Source of the DNA: an uncultured Mollicutes bacterium
GTDB lineage: Bacteria > Bacillota_I > Bacilli_A > RFN20 > CAG-826
Length of the DNA: 64,000 nucleotides
Direction: 5' to 3'
Assembly (NCBI GenBank): GCA_900540365.1
Contig: UQFN01000005.1
Span: 21,231 to 85,230, forward strand
Shown here: positions 26,128 to 36,246 of the stretch, piece by piece
Layout: each line of letters starts with the position of its first letter
How positions within the stretch are numbered: the first letter of the stretch is position 1
Position numbers and translations under genes: made by a program
Notes under the pieces: generated by a model
Seen by the model: the letters and a program-made list of their open reading frames with translations, nothing else
Told to the model about the DNA's origin: nothing
The model's database searches: none

Positions 26128-26172
26128 AAAAAACCTCTAACATAGTATACACAAAAAGTAAAAATATTTAAA

Positions 26173-26797
26173 TTAAGGTTGCATAATACCAGCAAATACT
26201 AACCATGCAAGTAATGTTTTTGCTACTAAACTTAAAATGATATATACTCTTTCGCCGTATAAATAGTCTTTCCACTTTCCAACTTTTTTATATTGTAAGA
26301 CCATATTTATTGGGAATAAATTAAATAAGACAAAATAAACTGCTGCTATAACAAAAACAAACCAAGGAACAAGAGATAAATCTGCACAAGAAACTAAGTT
26401 AATTAAAAAAAAATCCAAGAACCAATCTCAGCAATTGAGCCAAAAATAAAAGGTAACCAATTGACTTTTTCTTTGCTTGATTTATTTTTTCCATCAATAA
26501 CCCAAATAAATTCATTGAAGCATTTAATAAGAAAATTAAAATTAAAGTACATATATCATAAATGCCAAATAATATAGCAATTAAAACCATCATTAAAGAA
26601 GAAGATAAAGCATATTCATACCATCTAAAAACATTAATATTATTTTTTAAACCTAAATTATAACAGTCATTAACTTTTTTAGGTAAACTTACTAAATGAT
26701 GAAAAATTGTTGATATAAATAAAAATAACAACACACAAATTCAAAAAGGTAAACTAAAAAAGTACTTTAGAACTTGATACTAAAAATCCCATATCAT
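26173..26797 (-). pseudogene. Heliorhodopsin remnant (5'-truncated, two frameshifts)
   Basis: Track ORFs 26399..26734 and 26173..26418, plus a short third-frame stretch (VNWLPFIFGSIAEIGSWIFF), join into a helices B-G sequence. Matching motifs: NVFRWYEYALSSSLMMVLIA, NASMNLFGLLMEK, LQYKKVGKWKDYLYGERVYIILSLVAKTLLAW. The Schiff-base Lys in LVAK is kept. The comparison is from my memory of heliorhodopsin 48C12. Confidence 0.75.
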
Positions 26798-26857
26798 TTA
26801 AAGTTAAATTTATAAACAGTTTTTATATTTTTTTATTAAAAAAATCTTTTTTTAAGT

Positions 26858-26885
26858 AAAAACCTTGCAAAACTGAACTATTTTT
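26858..26885. repeat. Copy of dispersed ~28-nt intergenic motif (forward orientation)
   Basis: aaaaaccttgcaaaactgaactatttttc, directly after the LysR stop. Confidence 0.55.
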
Positions 26886-27776
26886 CTATATTTTGTATTG
26901 ATGATACATTGATAAAATATTATCAACAATTTCTTGAGAAATAAAATCTTTCATAAAAACAATATTAGTTTCTCTAATCATATTCATATTTTCAATTGGT
27001 AAAATAGCTAATGAATGGTCTTTTAATTCACTAAAACAAACACTTCTAGGAAGTACGGATACTCCTGCTCCTTTTCTAATTAAATCTTTGATTGTAGCAA
27101 TATTATCAATCTCTAAAATAACATTAAATTCATCAATTGACATATTCATATTCATAAGTTGAGAAACAAATAAATTTCTAGTTCCACTTTGTTTTGAACG
27201 TAAAATCATCTTCTCTTTTTTTAAATCGTTAATATTAACAATCTTTTGCTTAGCTAAAGGATTATCTAAACTCATAACTGCTACTAAATAATCAGTATCA
27301 AGCAAGACACTAGAATATTTTTTCTCAGTGACTTTACCTTCAACAAAGGCTAAGTCAATCTCATAAGTTGATAATTTATCATAAAGATTTTTTATAGTAT
27401 CAGAAACAATTTTTATTTTAGTACCCTTATTATTTGCACAATAATTTGCTAAAACTTCAGCAACAATATTGCTCTCTGAAGTATGTGTAATTCCAATAAT
27501 TAAGCTTTTGGCATGCATCTTTTCATCTTTTAATTTAGACGCTAATTCATGATATAAAGAGACAATTCTTCTAGCATATTTAAGTAAAATCTCTCCTTCA
27601 GGTGTAATTTTTAAATCATTACCAACTCTATTAAATATTTTAATATTTAATTCAGTTTCAAGTTGTTTTATATGTTGACTAACTGCAGGTTGAGTCAAAT
27701 TTAATTTTTTAGCAGCTAGAGTGAAGTTTTTTAATTCACTTGCTGCTAATAAAGAAACTAGTTTTACATCTTCCAT
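26886..27776 (-). CDS. LysR-family transcriptional regulator
   Basis: wHTH FTLAAKKLNLTQPAVSQHIKQLE followed by a substrate-binding domain of about 200 aa. Divergent from the antiporter gene. Confidence 0.9.
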   Translation of the reverse strand: MEDVKLVSLLAASELKNFTLAAKKLNLTQPAVSQHIKQLETELNIKIFNRVGNDLKITPEGEILLKYARRIVSLYHELASKLKDEKMHAKSLIIGITHTSESNIVAEVLANYCANNKGTKIKIVSDTIKNLYDKLSTYEIDLAFVEGKVTEKKYSSVLLDTDYLVAVMSLDNPLAKQKIVNINDLKKEKMILRSKQSGTRNLFVSQLMNMNMSIDEFNVILEIDNIATIKDLIRKGAGVSVLPRSVCFSELKDHSLAILPIENMNMIRETNIVFMKDFISQEIVDNILSMYHQYKI

Positions 27777-27799
27777 AAATCATGCCTCCATAAGATTTT

Positions 27800-27815
27800 G
27801 TTATAGTATTATAAC
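27800..27815. promoter_or_regulatory. Candidate LysR-type operator in the divergent intergenic region
   Basis: Perfect inverted repeat GTTATA-gtat-TATAAC. A further ATTATAAC lies 19 nt downstream. Confidence 0.3.
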
Positions 27816-27907
27816 GATTTATTAGTTTTCATTATAACCTTACTTGTTAAGATAATAGCATGCTTGCTAATTTTTTCAAGCCAAATATTTAAAAGGAGGA
27901 AACGAAA

Positions 27908-29284
27908 ATGCCACTAGAAATTTACAAGTTATACGATGGTCTAGGTGTAGCAACAGTTCTTATTGCTTTAGCAATAATGTTACTAGCTGGCTTTGCCTTA
28001 TCGCGTTTAACAAAATTATTAAAATTACCAAATGTTACCGGCTATATTATTGCTGGCGTCTTAATTGGACCTTATGTCTTAAATATGATTCCAGGTGAAA
28101 TTATTGATAGCATGAGTTTCTTAAGTGATTTAGCTCTTGGATTTATTGCCTTTGGTGTAGGTAAATTTTTTAAGAAAAATGTTATTAAGAGTGCTGGCTT
28201 AAAGATTATTGTTATTACTTTATTTGAAGCTTTACTTGCCGGAATATTAGTTACAGTTTTTGTTGGAGTTTGTTTCCCTAGCTTAGGATGGTCTTTTGCT
28301 TTATTATTAGGTGCTATTGCAACTGCTACTGCTCCAGCTTCAACCATGATGACAATTAATCAATATAAAGCAAAAGGTGATTTTGTTAATACTTTATTAC
28401 AGGTTGTTGCTTTAGATGACATTGTTTGTTTATTAGTATTTAGTGTTGTTTCAGCGATTATTAGTGGTACTAATGGTGAAGGTGTTAATGTTTGGAGTAT
28501 TATTCTTCCAATTCTTTATAATATTGCCTTTATTGTAGTCGGATTTATTTCTGGATTTATTCTTGGTTTCCTTGTTAAGAAAAGAAGTCCAAATAGTAGA
28601 TTAATAATTGCTGTCGCTTTAATTTGTGCAATTTCTGGAGCATGTATTGTTTTAAATATTTCTCCACTTCTTTCTTGTATGGTATTTGGTGCAACATATA
28701 TTAACTTTAAAGAAGATGAAAAAATCTTTAAATATATGGATCACTTCACTCCTCCAATTATGCTTTTATTCTTTGTTATGAGTGGAATGAATATGAATTT
28801 AACAGCCTTTGCAACTGTAGGTTTAGTTGGAGTTGTTTACTTCTTAGTTCGTATTGTTGGCAAATATGGTGGTGCATATTTAGGTTGTTTAGTTACTAAA
28901 AAAGCTCCTGCTGTTAAAAACTATTTAGGTTTTGCTTTAATTCCTCAAGCCGGAGTTGCTATTGGATTAGCTTTCCTTGGTCAAAGAATGTTACCAGCTG
29001 AAATAGGTTCAACCTTCTTATCAATTATTTTATGTTCTTCAGTTTTATATGAAATGGCTGGTCCAATTCTTGCTAAGTTTGCTTTATTTAAAAGTGGAGC
29101 CATTAGTAAAGATCAAGTTCCAGTTTTAGATACTAGTGATGTAATTGATTCTGGTAATACTTATCAAAGAATTAACGTTAAACAAATTGAACAAATTAAT
29201 GAAGTTAATTCACCTGCTTCAAAACCTATTGAAGATGAATCAACTCCAGTTTCCAATGAATTAGTTCATAGTAAAAAGGGGTGA
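27908..29284 (+). CDS. Cation:proton antiporter (Na+/H+ exchanger fold) with polar C-terminal tail
   Basis: RBS AAAGGAGGAA. About 12 TM helices. The N-terminal pattern LSRLTKLLKLPNVTGYIIAGVLIGP is typical of CPA2 (KefB/YbaL-like) transporters. Confidence 0.75.
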   Translation: MPLEIYKLYDGLGVATVLIALAIMLLAGFALSRLTKLLKLPNVTGYIIAGVLIGPYVLNMIPGEIIDSMSFLSDLALGFIAFGVGKFFKKNVIKSAGLKIIVITLFEALLAGILVTVFVGVCFPSLGWSFALLLGAIATATAPASTMMTINQYKAKGDFVNTLLQVVALDDIVCLLVFSVVSAIISGTNGEGVNVWSIILPILYNIAFIVVGFISGFILGFLVKKRSPNSRLIIAVALICAISGACIVLNISPLLSCMVFGATYINFKEDEKIFKYMDHFTPPIMLLFFVMSGMNMNLTAFATVGLVGVVYFLVRIVGKYGGAYLGCLVTKKAPAVKNYLGFALIPQAGVAIGLAFLGQRMLPAEIGSTFLSIILCSSVLYEMAGPILAKFALFKSGAISKDQVPVLDTSDVIDSGNTYQRINVKQIEQINEVNSPASKPIEDESTPVSNELVHSKKG

Positions 29285-29288
29285 TTTT

Positions 29289-29687
29289 ATGAGTTATTAT
29301 ACAAATATTTTACTTGCTAATTTTAATCGTATTATTCCAAATAAGAAAAAATCTTATGTCACTATAATTAAAAATACATATGAAGAAAAAAAGTCTGCAC
29401 TAGCTACTACTTTATTATTAAATATTGTAGCCTTTATAATTACTGGTGTTATTGATTTAATGGTTTATTTATTTAATGTAAGTTATTTAAACGCTATCTT
29501 TATTCATTTAGGATTAATCTTCTATTATGTTTTACATTTTAATATGTATCGTAATAATATGATCTTCTTATTTGCATATATCTTTATGATAATATCCTTA
29601 TTTATTTTTAAATATTGGATCTTAACATTTATATTTATTTTAGTTGGTTCGTTTTATTTACTTCATGAGATATATTCATTTAAATAA
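29289..29687 (+). CDS. Small 3-4 TM membrane protein
   Basis: 132-aa hydrophobic ORF starting 4 nt after the antiporter gene. Confidence 0.45.
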   Translation: MSYYTNILLANFNRIIPNKKKSYVTIIKNTYEEKKSALATTLLLNIVAFIITGVIDLMVYLFNVSYLNAIFIHLGLIFYYVLHFNMYRNNMIFLFAYIFMIISLFIFKYWILTFIFILVGSFYLLHEIYSFK

Positions 29688-29688
29688 A

Positions 29689-29709
29689 TAAAGGGCACTT
29701 GGTGCCCTT
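29689..29709. terminator. Bidirectional rho-independent terminator
   Basis: AAAGGGCAC-ttg-GTGCCCTTT: a perfect 9-bp stem between convergent stops. Confidence 0.75.
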
Positions 29710-29711
29710 TA

Positions 29712-31742
29712 TTAATAAGAATTCCCAATAAATTCTAAAATATATTCAACACTAATTTTTTCTTTATTAGATTTAAATATTGGTAAATATGTATAATATT
29801 CACTAGTTATCTTATCAATTAAGTTAGTAGTTATATTAAGTGAAAAATCTAAATAAGAATTTTCGTTATTAATATCTTTTTCTAAATCTACAAGTTTTTC
29901 TTCTTGAACAAATAACATTGGAATATTATAGCCTTCAACTACATAATTTTCATTAGTTGCATCATAATAAGTAAAATATCTTGTTCTTAATTCAATATCA
30001 TATCTTCTTGAAAGCATTTTAGTAGATAAACCACCATATTTCTTAGCGACAAAGACATCAGTGGATCCATTAACATATATGGAATAGGAATTCATACTTA
30101 AGTCTTCTTCTTCACTACTGCCTTTATGTATTGCTTTAATTGAATTAATACCACTAGTGTCGCTTAAATTAAACCATAATGTATTATATTCAGTTTCTGT
30201 TCCTAAAGCTGAAAGATGTTCATTAACTTCATATCCAATTAAATGTCCTGTGTTAGTATTATATACTTCGCAAATTACTCCATCAAAACCAGGTAATGCT
30301 CCGGCTTTATTTCCGATTACAGTTGTATAGTCTTCATTAATGTAAAATTCAGCAGCACTCGATGTAGAAATACTACCATCAATACCTAAATACTCATATA
30401 TGCTTCCAGATATACTTGCATCTTCATTAACAATCATATTAAAGTAAGCTCTTCTTACTCCACCATAACGTATAGCAAACGTATAATTATCACCATTAAT
30501 TACATATTTTAAAGCATTAGCATCATTTAGTTGAATTCTTCCAACTCGTTCACCAGTAGTTACATTTAATTCTAACCCAATTTGGACTTTAGTTTCACCG
30601 ATTAAAGGAATTGTAGTATCAAATTCAAGTACATAAATCATTAGTGTTCCATCAAAAGAAATATCTACTTTATATACTCCTACTTCAAATGAATATTCTG
30701 CAGTTGAACTAGGATTTTTATCTAAATAATTATTAAAGGCTGTAATGGATGCTGAAGAAACTAAATCAATAACACTTAAAACATTAAAGAAAATTGTGGA
30801 TTGATTCAAATTATCAACAACCATTTTCCATTGTTCACCATAACCATAATCCAAAATTAAGTTTGTATTTACAAAATTAGTATAATCAAAATCTAATTGT
30901 CCTTGATTAATTAGATTTGCTTCATATGAAGGTAATAATGATTGTGGAATCTTACTAAGTGGATTATATGAATATCCTTCTAATAAAGACTTCAAATATT
31001 GACCAATATTAACTTTTTCGTTATATGATGCATAGAAAGTAACATCACCAACTAATTTATATGGCCAAGTAACTGCAGTTGTTAAATCTTCATCGATACA
31101 CCAACCAACAAAACGATAGTTTTCAAGAATAGGTTTATCCTCAGGTTCATTAATTAATGTTCCATAATCTGCAGTTATACTATTAACTTTTGAACCATCA
31201 AATGTTTCAAAAGTAATTGTATATTTATTTATTGTCTCCTTAAATTTTGCAACATATTCAGTATTTTCTTTAACAGGAAGAATTTCTTTATCCCATCCAT
31301 CAAACGAGTATGAATATTCGACACTTTTTGGTTTTAAAGGAGTTTCTCCATCATATTTTGGTAAAGTATTATAAGGGACATTATTATCGATTTCTAAAAC
31401 GCTACCATCATAGTTTTTCCATACAACTTGATAAGTATTAATAACTTCATTAAAAGTAGCCGTATAAGTTGCATCGCTATAAGCTTTTATAACCGATGGA
31501 GTCCATCCACTAAAAGTATAAGAATATTGATCATTTCCTTCTTTACAAGGTTCTTTCCCATTATAAACTGGCAATTCTCCTTCTAATACTTCATCAACTA
31601 ACAATATATTACCATCATAGTTTTTCCACGTAATAGTATATTCTTTTGGTTCAGTTGTATCAGTTGAATTATTATTACAACTAGCTAATACAAATAAACT
31701 TAATAAAGAAAAACTAACAGCACTAATAAATTTTATATTCAT
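29712..31742 (-). CDS. Surface lipoprotein with three tandem Listeria-Bacteroides (Flg_new-like) repeats and a large C-terminal domain
   Basis: Lipobox LFVLASCNN. Three ~70-aa repeats: YTITWKNYDG..YTFSGW..YTATF, YQVVWKNYDG..YSFDGW..YVAKF, YTITFETFDG..FVGW..TFYASY. Confidence 0.75.
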   Translation of the reverse strand: MNIKFISAVSFSLLSLFVLASCNNNSTDTTEPKEYTITWKNYDGNILLVDEVLEGELPVYNGKEPCKEGNDQYSYTFSGWTPSVIKAYSDATYTATFNEVINTYQVVWKNYDGSVLEIDNNVPYNTLPKYDGETPLKPKSVEYSYSFDGWDKEILPVKENTEYVAKFKETINKYTITFETFDGSKVNSITADYGTLINEPEDKPILENYRFVGWCIDEDLTTAVTWPYKLVGDVTFYASYNEKVNIGQYLKSLLEGYSYNPLSKIPQSLLPSYEANLINQGQLDFDYTNFVNTNLILDYGYGEQWKMVVDNLNQSTIFFNVLSVIDLVSSASITAFNNYLDKNPSSTAEYSFEVGVYKVDISFDGTLMIYVLEFDTTIPLIGETKVQIGLELNVTTGERVGRIQLNDANALKYVINGDNYTFAIRYGGVRRAYFNMIVNEDASISGSIYEYLGIDGSISTSSAAEFYINEDYTTVIGNKAGALPGFDGVICEVYNTNTGHLIGYEVNEHLSALGTETEYNTLWFNLSDTSGINSIKAIHKGSSEEEDLSMNSYSIYVNGSTDVFVAKKYGGLSTKMLSRRYDIELRTRYFTYYDATNENYVVEGYNIPMLFVQEEKLVDLEKDINNENSYLDFSLNITTNLIDKITSEYYTYLPIFKSNKEKISVEYILEFIGNSY

Positions 31743-31753
31743 CTTTTTCCTCC

Positions 31754-32617
31754 TTATATTTCAGTTTTTGCATCATTAGTGTATGACCAATAAATAGAAA
31801 ATGGAAATACAAAAAAACTCATAACAGCACAAATTCCAGTTGCTAAAATAATCGCTCCTAGCATTAGTACAAACCCAATTATTGCAAAAACAATTTTAAT
31901 TAAAATAAGAGATTTAATTCCATCAAAAGTGAAAGAAAAAATTATTCCAGGAAATTTAATTGCTCCCCAAGAAGCTACTGTCAACCGCATATCACCGATA
32001 AAATTGTTACGCATAAATACACAAAAAACAAATGTAAAAGTAAGTATCATTGCTGGGGCAAGAAATGAATAATATATCAAAGCATTACTTTGATCTCCTA
32101 TTGTAGCAAGTAAAATAAAAATAATACCAACTACAGCAGATAAAATTCCTCCAAAAACATATCCACGTAAACGAAAGGAGTTATTTTTATCACTTCGAAC
32201 TTGTTGCTGACGTATTTTCTCTTTTCTTAAACATTCATTACAAACATAATAAAGTTCGCGTCCTCCTCTAGACTTAGCAATAGAACGCTGAACTCCTTCC
32301 CCTGGATGAATATATTTATGACATATTTTACATTCCCCGATTACTGGCAATGATTTATTTACTTCATTGTTTGATTGTTTTACGTTTTCTTCATCCTTTT
32401 TTGGTTCTTCTTTTTCCTTTAATTCTAATAAATCGTCCACTGATACTTTATATAAAGCTGCTAAGTCCTTTATAGTATCAATATTTGGTTCAACCGCATC
32501 TAATTCCCAACGAGACACGGCTTGTGGAGTTACATTTAATTTTTCTGCAACTTCATTTTGTGTATAACCACACTTAATTCTATATTCTTTAAGATTCTTT
32601 CCTAAATTCACAAGCAA
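31754..32617 (-). CDS. Membrane-bound XRE-family HTH regulator with zinc ribbon
   Basis: HTH is YTQNEVAEKLNVTPQAVSRWE. Zinc ribbon is CKICHK..x..CNEC. There are 4 C-terminal TM helices. The true start is probably GTG 32611, 7 nt after GGAGGG. Confidence 0.75.
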   Translation of the reverse strand: MLVNLGKNLKEYRIKCGYTQNEVAEKLNVTPQAVSRWELDAVEPNIDTIKDLAALYKVSVDDLLELKEKEEPKKDEENVKQSNNEVNKSLPVIGECKICHKYIHPGEGVQRSIAKSRGGRELYYVCNECLRKEKIRQQQVRSDKNNSFRLRGYVFGGILSAVVGIIFILLATIGDQSNALIYYSFLAPAMILTFTFVFCVFMRNNFIGDMRLTVASWGAIKFPGIIFSFTFDGIKSLILIKIVFAIIGFVLMLGAIILATGICAVMSFFVFPFSIYWSYTNDAKTEI

Positions 32618-32936
32618 CCCTCCTGTTGTCTATATACTGCGATTAATCTCTTTAATTTTAAATAAACAAAACTGTGATTTCGATAAACATTTTGTTGAGT
32701 TAATTTATAATTAAGTATTTATAAAATTAAATTATTCTAAAATAAAAACCTTACTTTATAATTATACTTTAAACTACTTGATTTTAATGTCATGTATAGA
32801 ATTCATATATTTTTTATTAAGATTAAGATATTATTTTTCTTTAATATTAAATAAATAAAAATATTTATTTTAAATTTTATTTAAGTTTTAAAAGGTTTTA
32901 GTTAAAAATTTACTTTTAATAATTAATAGGAACTAT

Positions 32937-35510
32937 TTAAGATCCTGTTTTATCAAAGTATAAAATATAGTTTTTCATTACTCTTAAATTCAAAACTAAA
33001 TTTCCTGTATTATCAAAATATCCAATTAAAGCATCAGTAACAAAATCTCTAATTAATAAATTTTGTTTGGTATATCCATTTGTATTAGAGTTAATAAAAC
33101 TTTCAACTGCTTCTTGGAATGTAATTTGAGTTGAATTAAAACTAATATCACAGGTATCGCTACGTTTCATATTAACTCCAAGATAATACTTCTTTCTCCA
33201 TAATAAATAATCAAAATCAGTTCCGTCAGCATTTTTATGGATAGCAAGTCCAGTATTTGTATCAATGCTTACTTTATTTTCAAAAAGTTTAATGAAAATA
33301 TTAGTATGACGATATGTATATACATTAAATTGATCGCTATCTTTATTATATTCAATTAAAATATCATAAATACCTCGATCATTTTCATAATCATTTAAAC
33401 TTAAAGCATTTTCTTTTACATTTGTACTAGCAATTGTAATTTGCTTTGCATTAAACCATAAACTAGCATTAGTAAATACATCTTCATCATTAAATTTAAA
33501 TTGATTGTTTGCATATGTTGGATTAAAAATTAGTGCTTCATTATTATTTAATGGATTTAAATTATATAATTCACCATCGACATTATAATATTCATTATTA
33601 AATCGAATTTGCATTAATAAATTAGTGCTAATCTCTGTTAAATCAACATTTTGTGCTAAATAAATATAACTATTGTTTTCTGTTAATTCACTAGTTGAAT
33701 CTACTACATAAGCTCCACTTGAATTTAATGTTGCTTTATATAACTTAGCATTTAAATTATAAAATTTTGGAGCATTAACTTGTTTGTTTAAATCTGAATC
33801 GAAAGTTTTATCATCTATATAAGAGCTATTTAATTCCTTATAAAATGAAGCTTCAGCTATTTTTTCTACTAGTAATATGTATGGACGATTAGTATATATA
33901 TCACTAATTATTATATTATCTTTAAATAAATATTCTAAAACTCCTCCTCCTTTATTAGTATCTTTGCTAATATATGATAAATTTTTATTATAAATTTGTT
34001 TAAAGACAGTTAAATTGCTTGTAACATTATCGGCAATAGTAGATATGTTATTAAATCCTGCTGTGGAACTACTTGCTGTTGTGTTTCTTCCAACTACCAA
34101 ATAAAAATTATAAAGCCCAAGACCATAGTTATTTTTAATATATGTTATAATGCTTGAACCAGTTATGGAAGTATTTGAACCATAAAATGCTGCCCACGGT
34201 TGACCTCCCCAATGTCCAGCACTCTCTGCAGGATGTATTGCTATTTCTAAATCGGTTATATTTTCATTTATGTTAATGTTTGAAACATAGCCAATGTTTG
34301 TATTATTTATTCCATTAATAGGTGTACCTGCTTCAGAACCTTGAAAATATAACATTGGATATCTTGTTGAGTTTCCGCTTTTATCTTTAATATCCATTCT
34401 TAAAGCATCTCTTCCACCTTCAGAAATTATATCTTTATAACCTTTGGAATTTGAAAAAACTGGGAATAGTCTAATTACATTATCTTTATCAGCAAAGCCT
34501 GATAAAGCTTTATTTATATCAAAAAATTGATTAATGTCTTTACTTCTAAATACGGAAATTTCAATACTATCATCACCAACTTTGCAAGGATAAATTGGAT
34601 TGTCATTTCCATCAAAATCAACATAAGTCCACATTGCAAAATTTAATTCGTACCAACCTTCTTGATCGCCCATTGAAGTCCATGGGGTCATTGTAAGCTT
34701 AGAAAAATCACCTTGAGAAATAGATTCAAAAACCTCTATTTTTTGAGGTAAGACTCTTCCTTCATCATAATTTAAATTTGGCCAAAAACCAAATCGATCA
34801 TTTTTAAAATGCCTTCTATTATTATATTGACTATTATTAAAGTTAATATGATTAAATTTACCACTATCAAATCCATTTAACTGATTTTGATCTATATAAT
34901 AATCATCCCATGAAGTATTTGTAGGAATTACTCCTTTTCCATTAGAGTCGTCTTTTTCACCAAAATCGCTACGAGCATTATGACCACCATTTAATCCTGA
35001 TTCTCCGATTCCATTAATTTCTAAATCATAGACAATTTGGTAACCATAAACTTCAGCTTTGTTATACTCCATTACACCTAAGCCTTTTTGTGCGACTATT
35101 CTTTTAGAATTGTCTAAATATTCGTTATTATTATTAACATAATCACGATATGTTTCTTTGCTAGATTGTTTTAAGGTTTGCTTATAAGAAATATTTCCAG
35201 AACTATCTTCAATAGCTTCAATATAACCAAAAGCATCTTCTGGTTTGATAGTACTTCCATTTAAATAATCTTGATAAATCTCTAAATATAACGTACTTGG
35301 AAATAAATATATAGTGTAGTCTTTTCCAACATAATCTTCTCTACCAAATACATAATTTTCTTCGATATTATCAACTCTAATTTGATCTTCAATTAATTGA
35401 CTAGATTTAACTTCATCACTAAAAATAAAATATGCAAAAGCACTACTTGTAGCAATTGCTACAATTCCAATTAAACTTAAAAGAAATGTTTTAAATTTAA
35501 ATCTAACCAT
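32937..35510 (-). CDS. Cassette-2 giant protein C2 (about 857 aa) with TasA-style signal peptide
   Basis: ATG 35510 follows GAGGGG and gives MVRFKFKTFLLSLIGIVAIATSSAFAYFIFSDE (compare camelysin TFAYFSD). It overlaps the B2 stop by 8 nt. Confidence 0.65.
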   Translation of the reverse strand: MVRFKFKTFLLSLIGIVAIATSSAFAYFIFSDEVKSSQLIEDQIRVDNIEENYVFGREDYVGKDYTIYLFPSTLYLEIYQDYLNGSTIKPEDAFGYIEAIEDSSGNISYKQTLKQSSKETYRDYVNNNNEYLDNSKRIVAQKGLGVMEYNKAEVYGYQIVYDLEINGIGESGLNGGHNARSDFGEKDDSNGKGVIPTNTSWDDYYIDQNQLNGFDSGKFNHINFNNSQYNNRRHFKNDRFGFWPNLNYDEGRVLPQKIEVFESISQGDFSKLTMTPWTSMGDQEGWYELNFAMWTYVDFDGNDNPIYPCKVGDDSIEISVFRSKDINQFFDINKALSGFADKDNVIRLFPVFSNSKGYKDIISEGGRDALRMDIKDKSGNSTRYPMLYFQGSEAGTPINGINNTNIGYVSNININENITDLEIAIHPAESAGHWGGQPWAAFYGSNTSITGSSIITYIKNNYGLGLYNFYLVVGRNTTASSSTAGFNNISTIADNVTSNLTVFKQIYNKNLSYISKDTNKGGGVLEYLFKDNIIISDIYTNRPYILLVEKIAEASFYKELNSSYIDDKTFDSDLNKQVNAPKFYNLNAKLYKATLNSSGAYVVDSTSELTENNSYIYLAQNVDLTEISTNLLMQIRFNNEYYNVDGELYNLNPLNNNEALIFNPTYANNQFKFNDEDVFTNASLWFNAKQITIASTNVKENALSLNDYENDRGIYDILIEYNKDSDQFNVYTYRHTNIFIKLFENKVSIDTNTGLAIHKNADGTDFDYLLWRKKYYLGVNMKRSDTCDISFNSTQITFQEAVESFINSNTNGYTKQNLLIRDFVTDALIGYFDNTGNLVLNLRVMKNYILYFDKTGS

Positions 35511-36246
35511 TTGTCCCCTCAAATCTAGCTGTAAATTCTATATCAATAGTCCAATATTTACCATATTTTGTGAAATCTTGATACAAAGTAGTATATTTAG
35601 TTAATGTATTAGGTTTTACCTTTTCACTAGCATATGCAAAAATATCACCTAAATTAATTGTTATAACATATTCTTGAATTTTTAATCCTTCATACCCAGT
35701 TGCATTATCGACAAATGGATCGCTAACAGTATAAGGATAATAATCTAATAAATTTACAAAATTATTATTTGCATATAAATTAGATGAGATTGTAACATAT
35801 TTTGATAATGGTACTGCATTTTGATCAGTTGAAGTATCAGTAAGAATAGATATTTTTGCTCCTAAAACAAATCTAATATCACTAGGTAAAGTAAAATCAT
35901 TCACTTCACGGTGAAATATGACCTTAATTTCATCGTTTTTAACTAATTCATATTTATTAGTAACATTACTATAAGTACTTTTATAAAATTCTAAGCCTTC
36001 ATTTAAATCGGTTGAGGAATTTCCTTCTTCAAATAACATAAAAGTAGGAAACACTTGATTATCATGGGCATTTGCAAAATGTCCTAAGTTAGCTTTTGAT
36101 GATATATTAATTGGTATTCCAACTTCTTGAGATAAATCTCCAGCTTCACTACTATAAAAAACCCACACTCCAAATCCACTACCAACAAATAAAAAAGTAG
36201 TTAAAAAAGGAAGAACAGTTACTAATAATTTATTTTTAAACCACAT
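35503..36246 (-). CDS. Cassette-2 protein B2 with TasA-style signal peptide
   Basis: N-terminus is MWFKNKLLVTVLPFLTTFLFVGSGFGVWVFYSS. 247 aa. It overlaps the sipW-2 stop by 11 nt. Confidence 0.6.
   Translation of the reverse strand: MWFKNKLLVTVLPFLTTFLFVGSGFGVWVFYSSEAGDLSQEVGIPINISSKANLGHFANAHDNQVFPTFMLFEEGNSSTDLNEGLEFYKSTYSNVTNKYELVKNDEIKVIFHREVNDFTLPSDIRFVLGAKISILTDTSTDQNAVPLSKYVTISSNLYANNNFVNLLDYYPYTVSDPFVDNATGYEGLKIQEYVITINLGDIFAYASEKVKPNTLTKYTTLYQDFTKYGKYWTIDIEFTARFEGTNG

Noticed and set aside
16415-26797. A functional link between the CrtI-family oxidoreductase and the heliorhodopsin remnant (retinal supply)
   Set aside because: The genes are 9 kb apart with unrelated genes between them. 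No crtB/crtE/blh-type genes are visible, and the rhodopsin is defunct.
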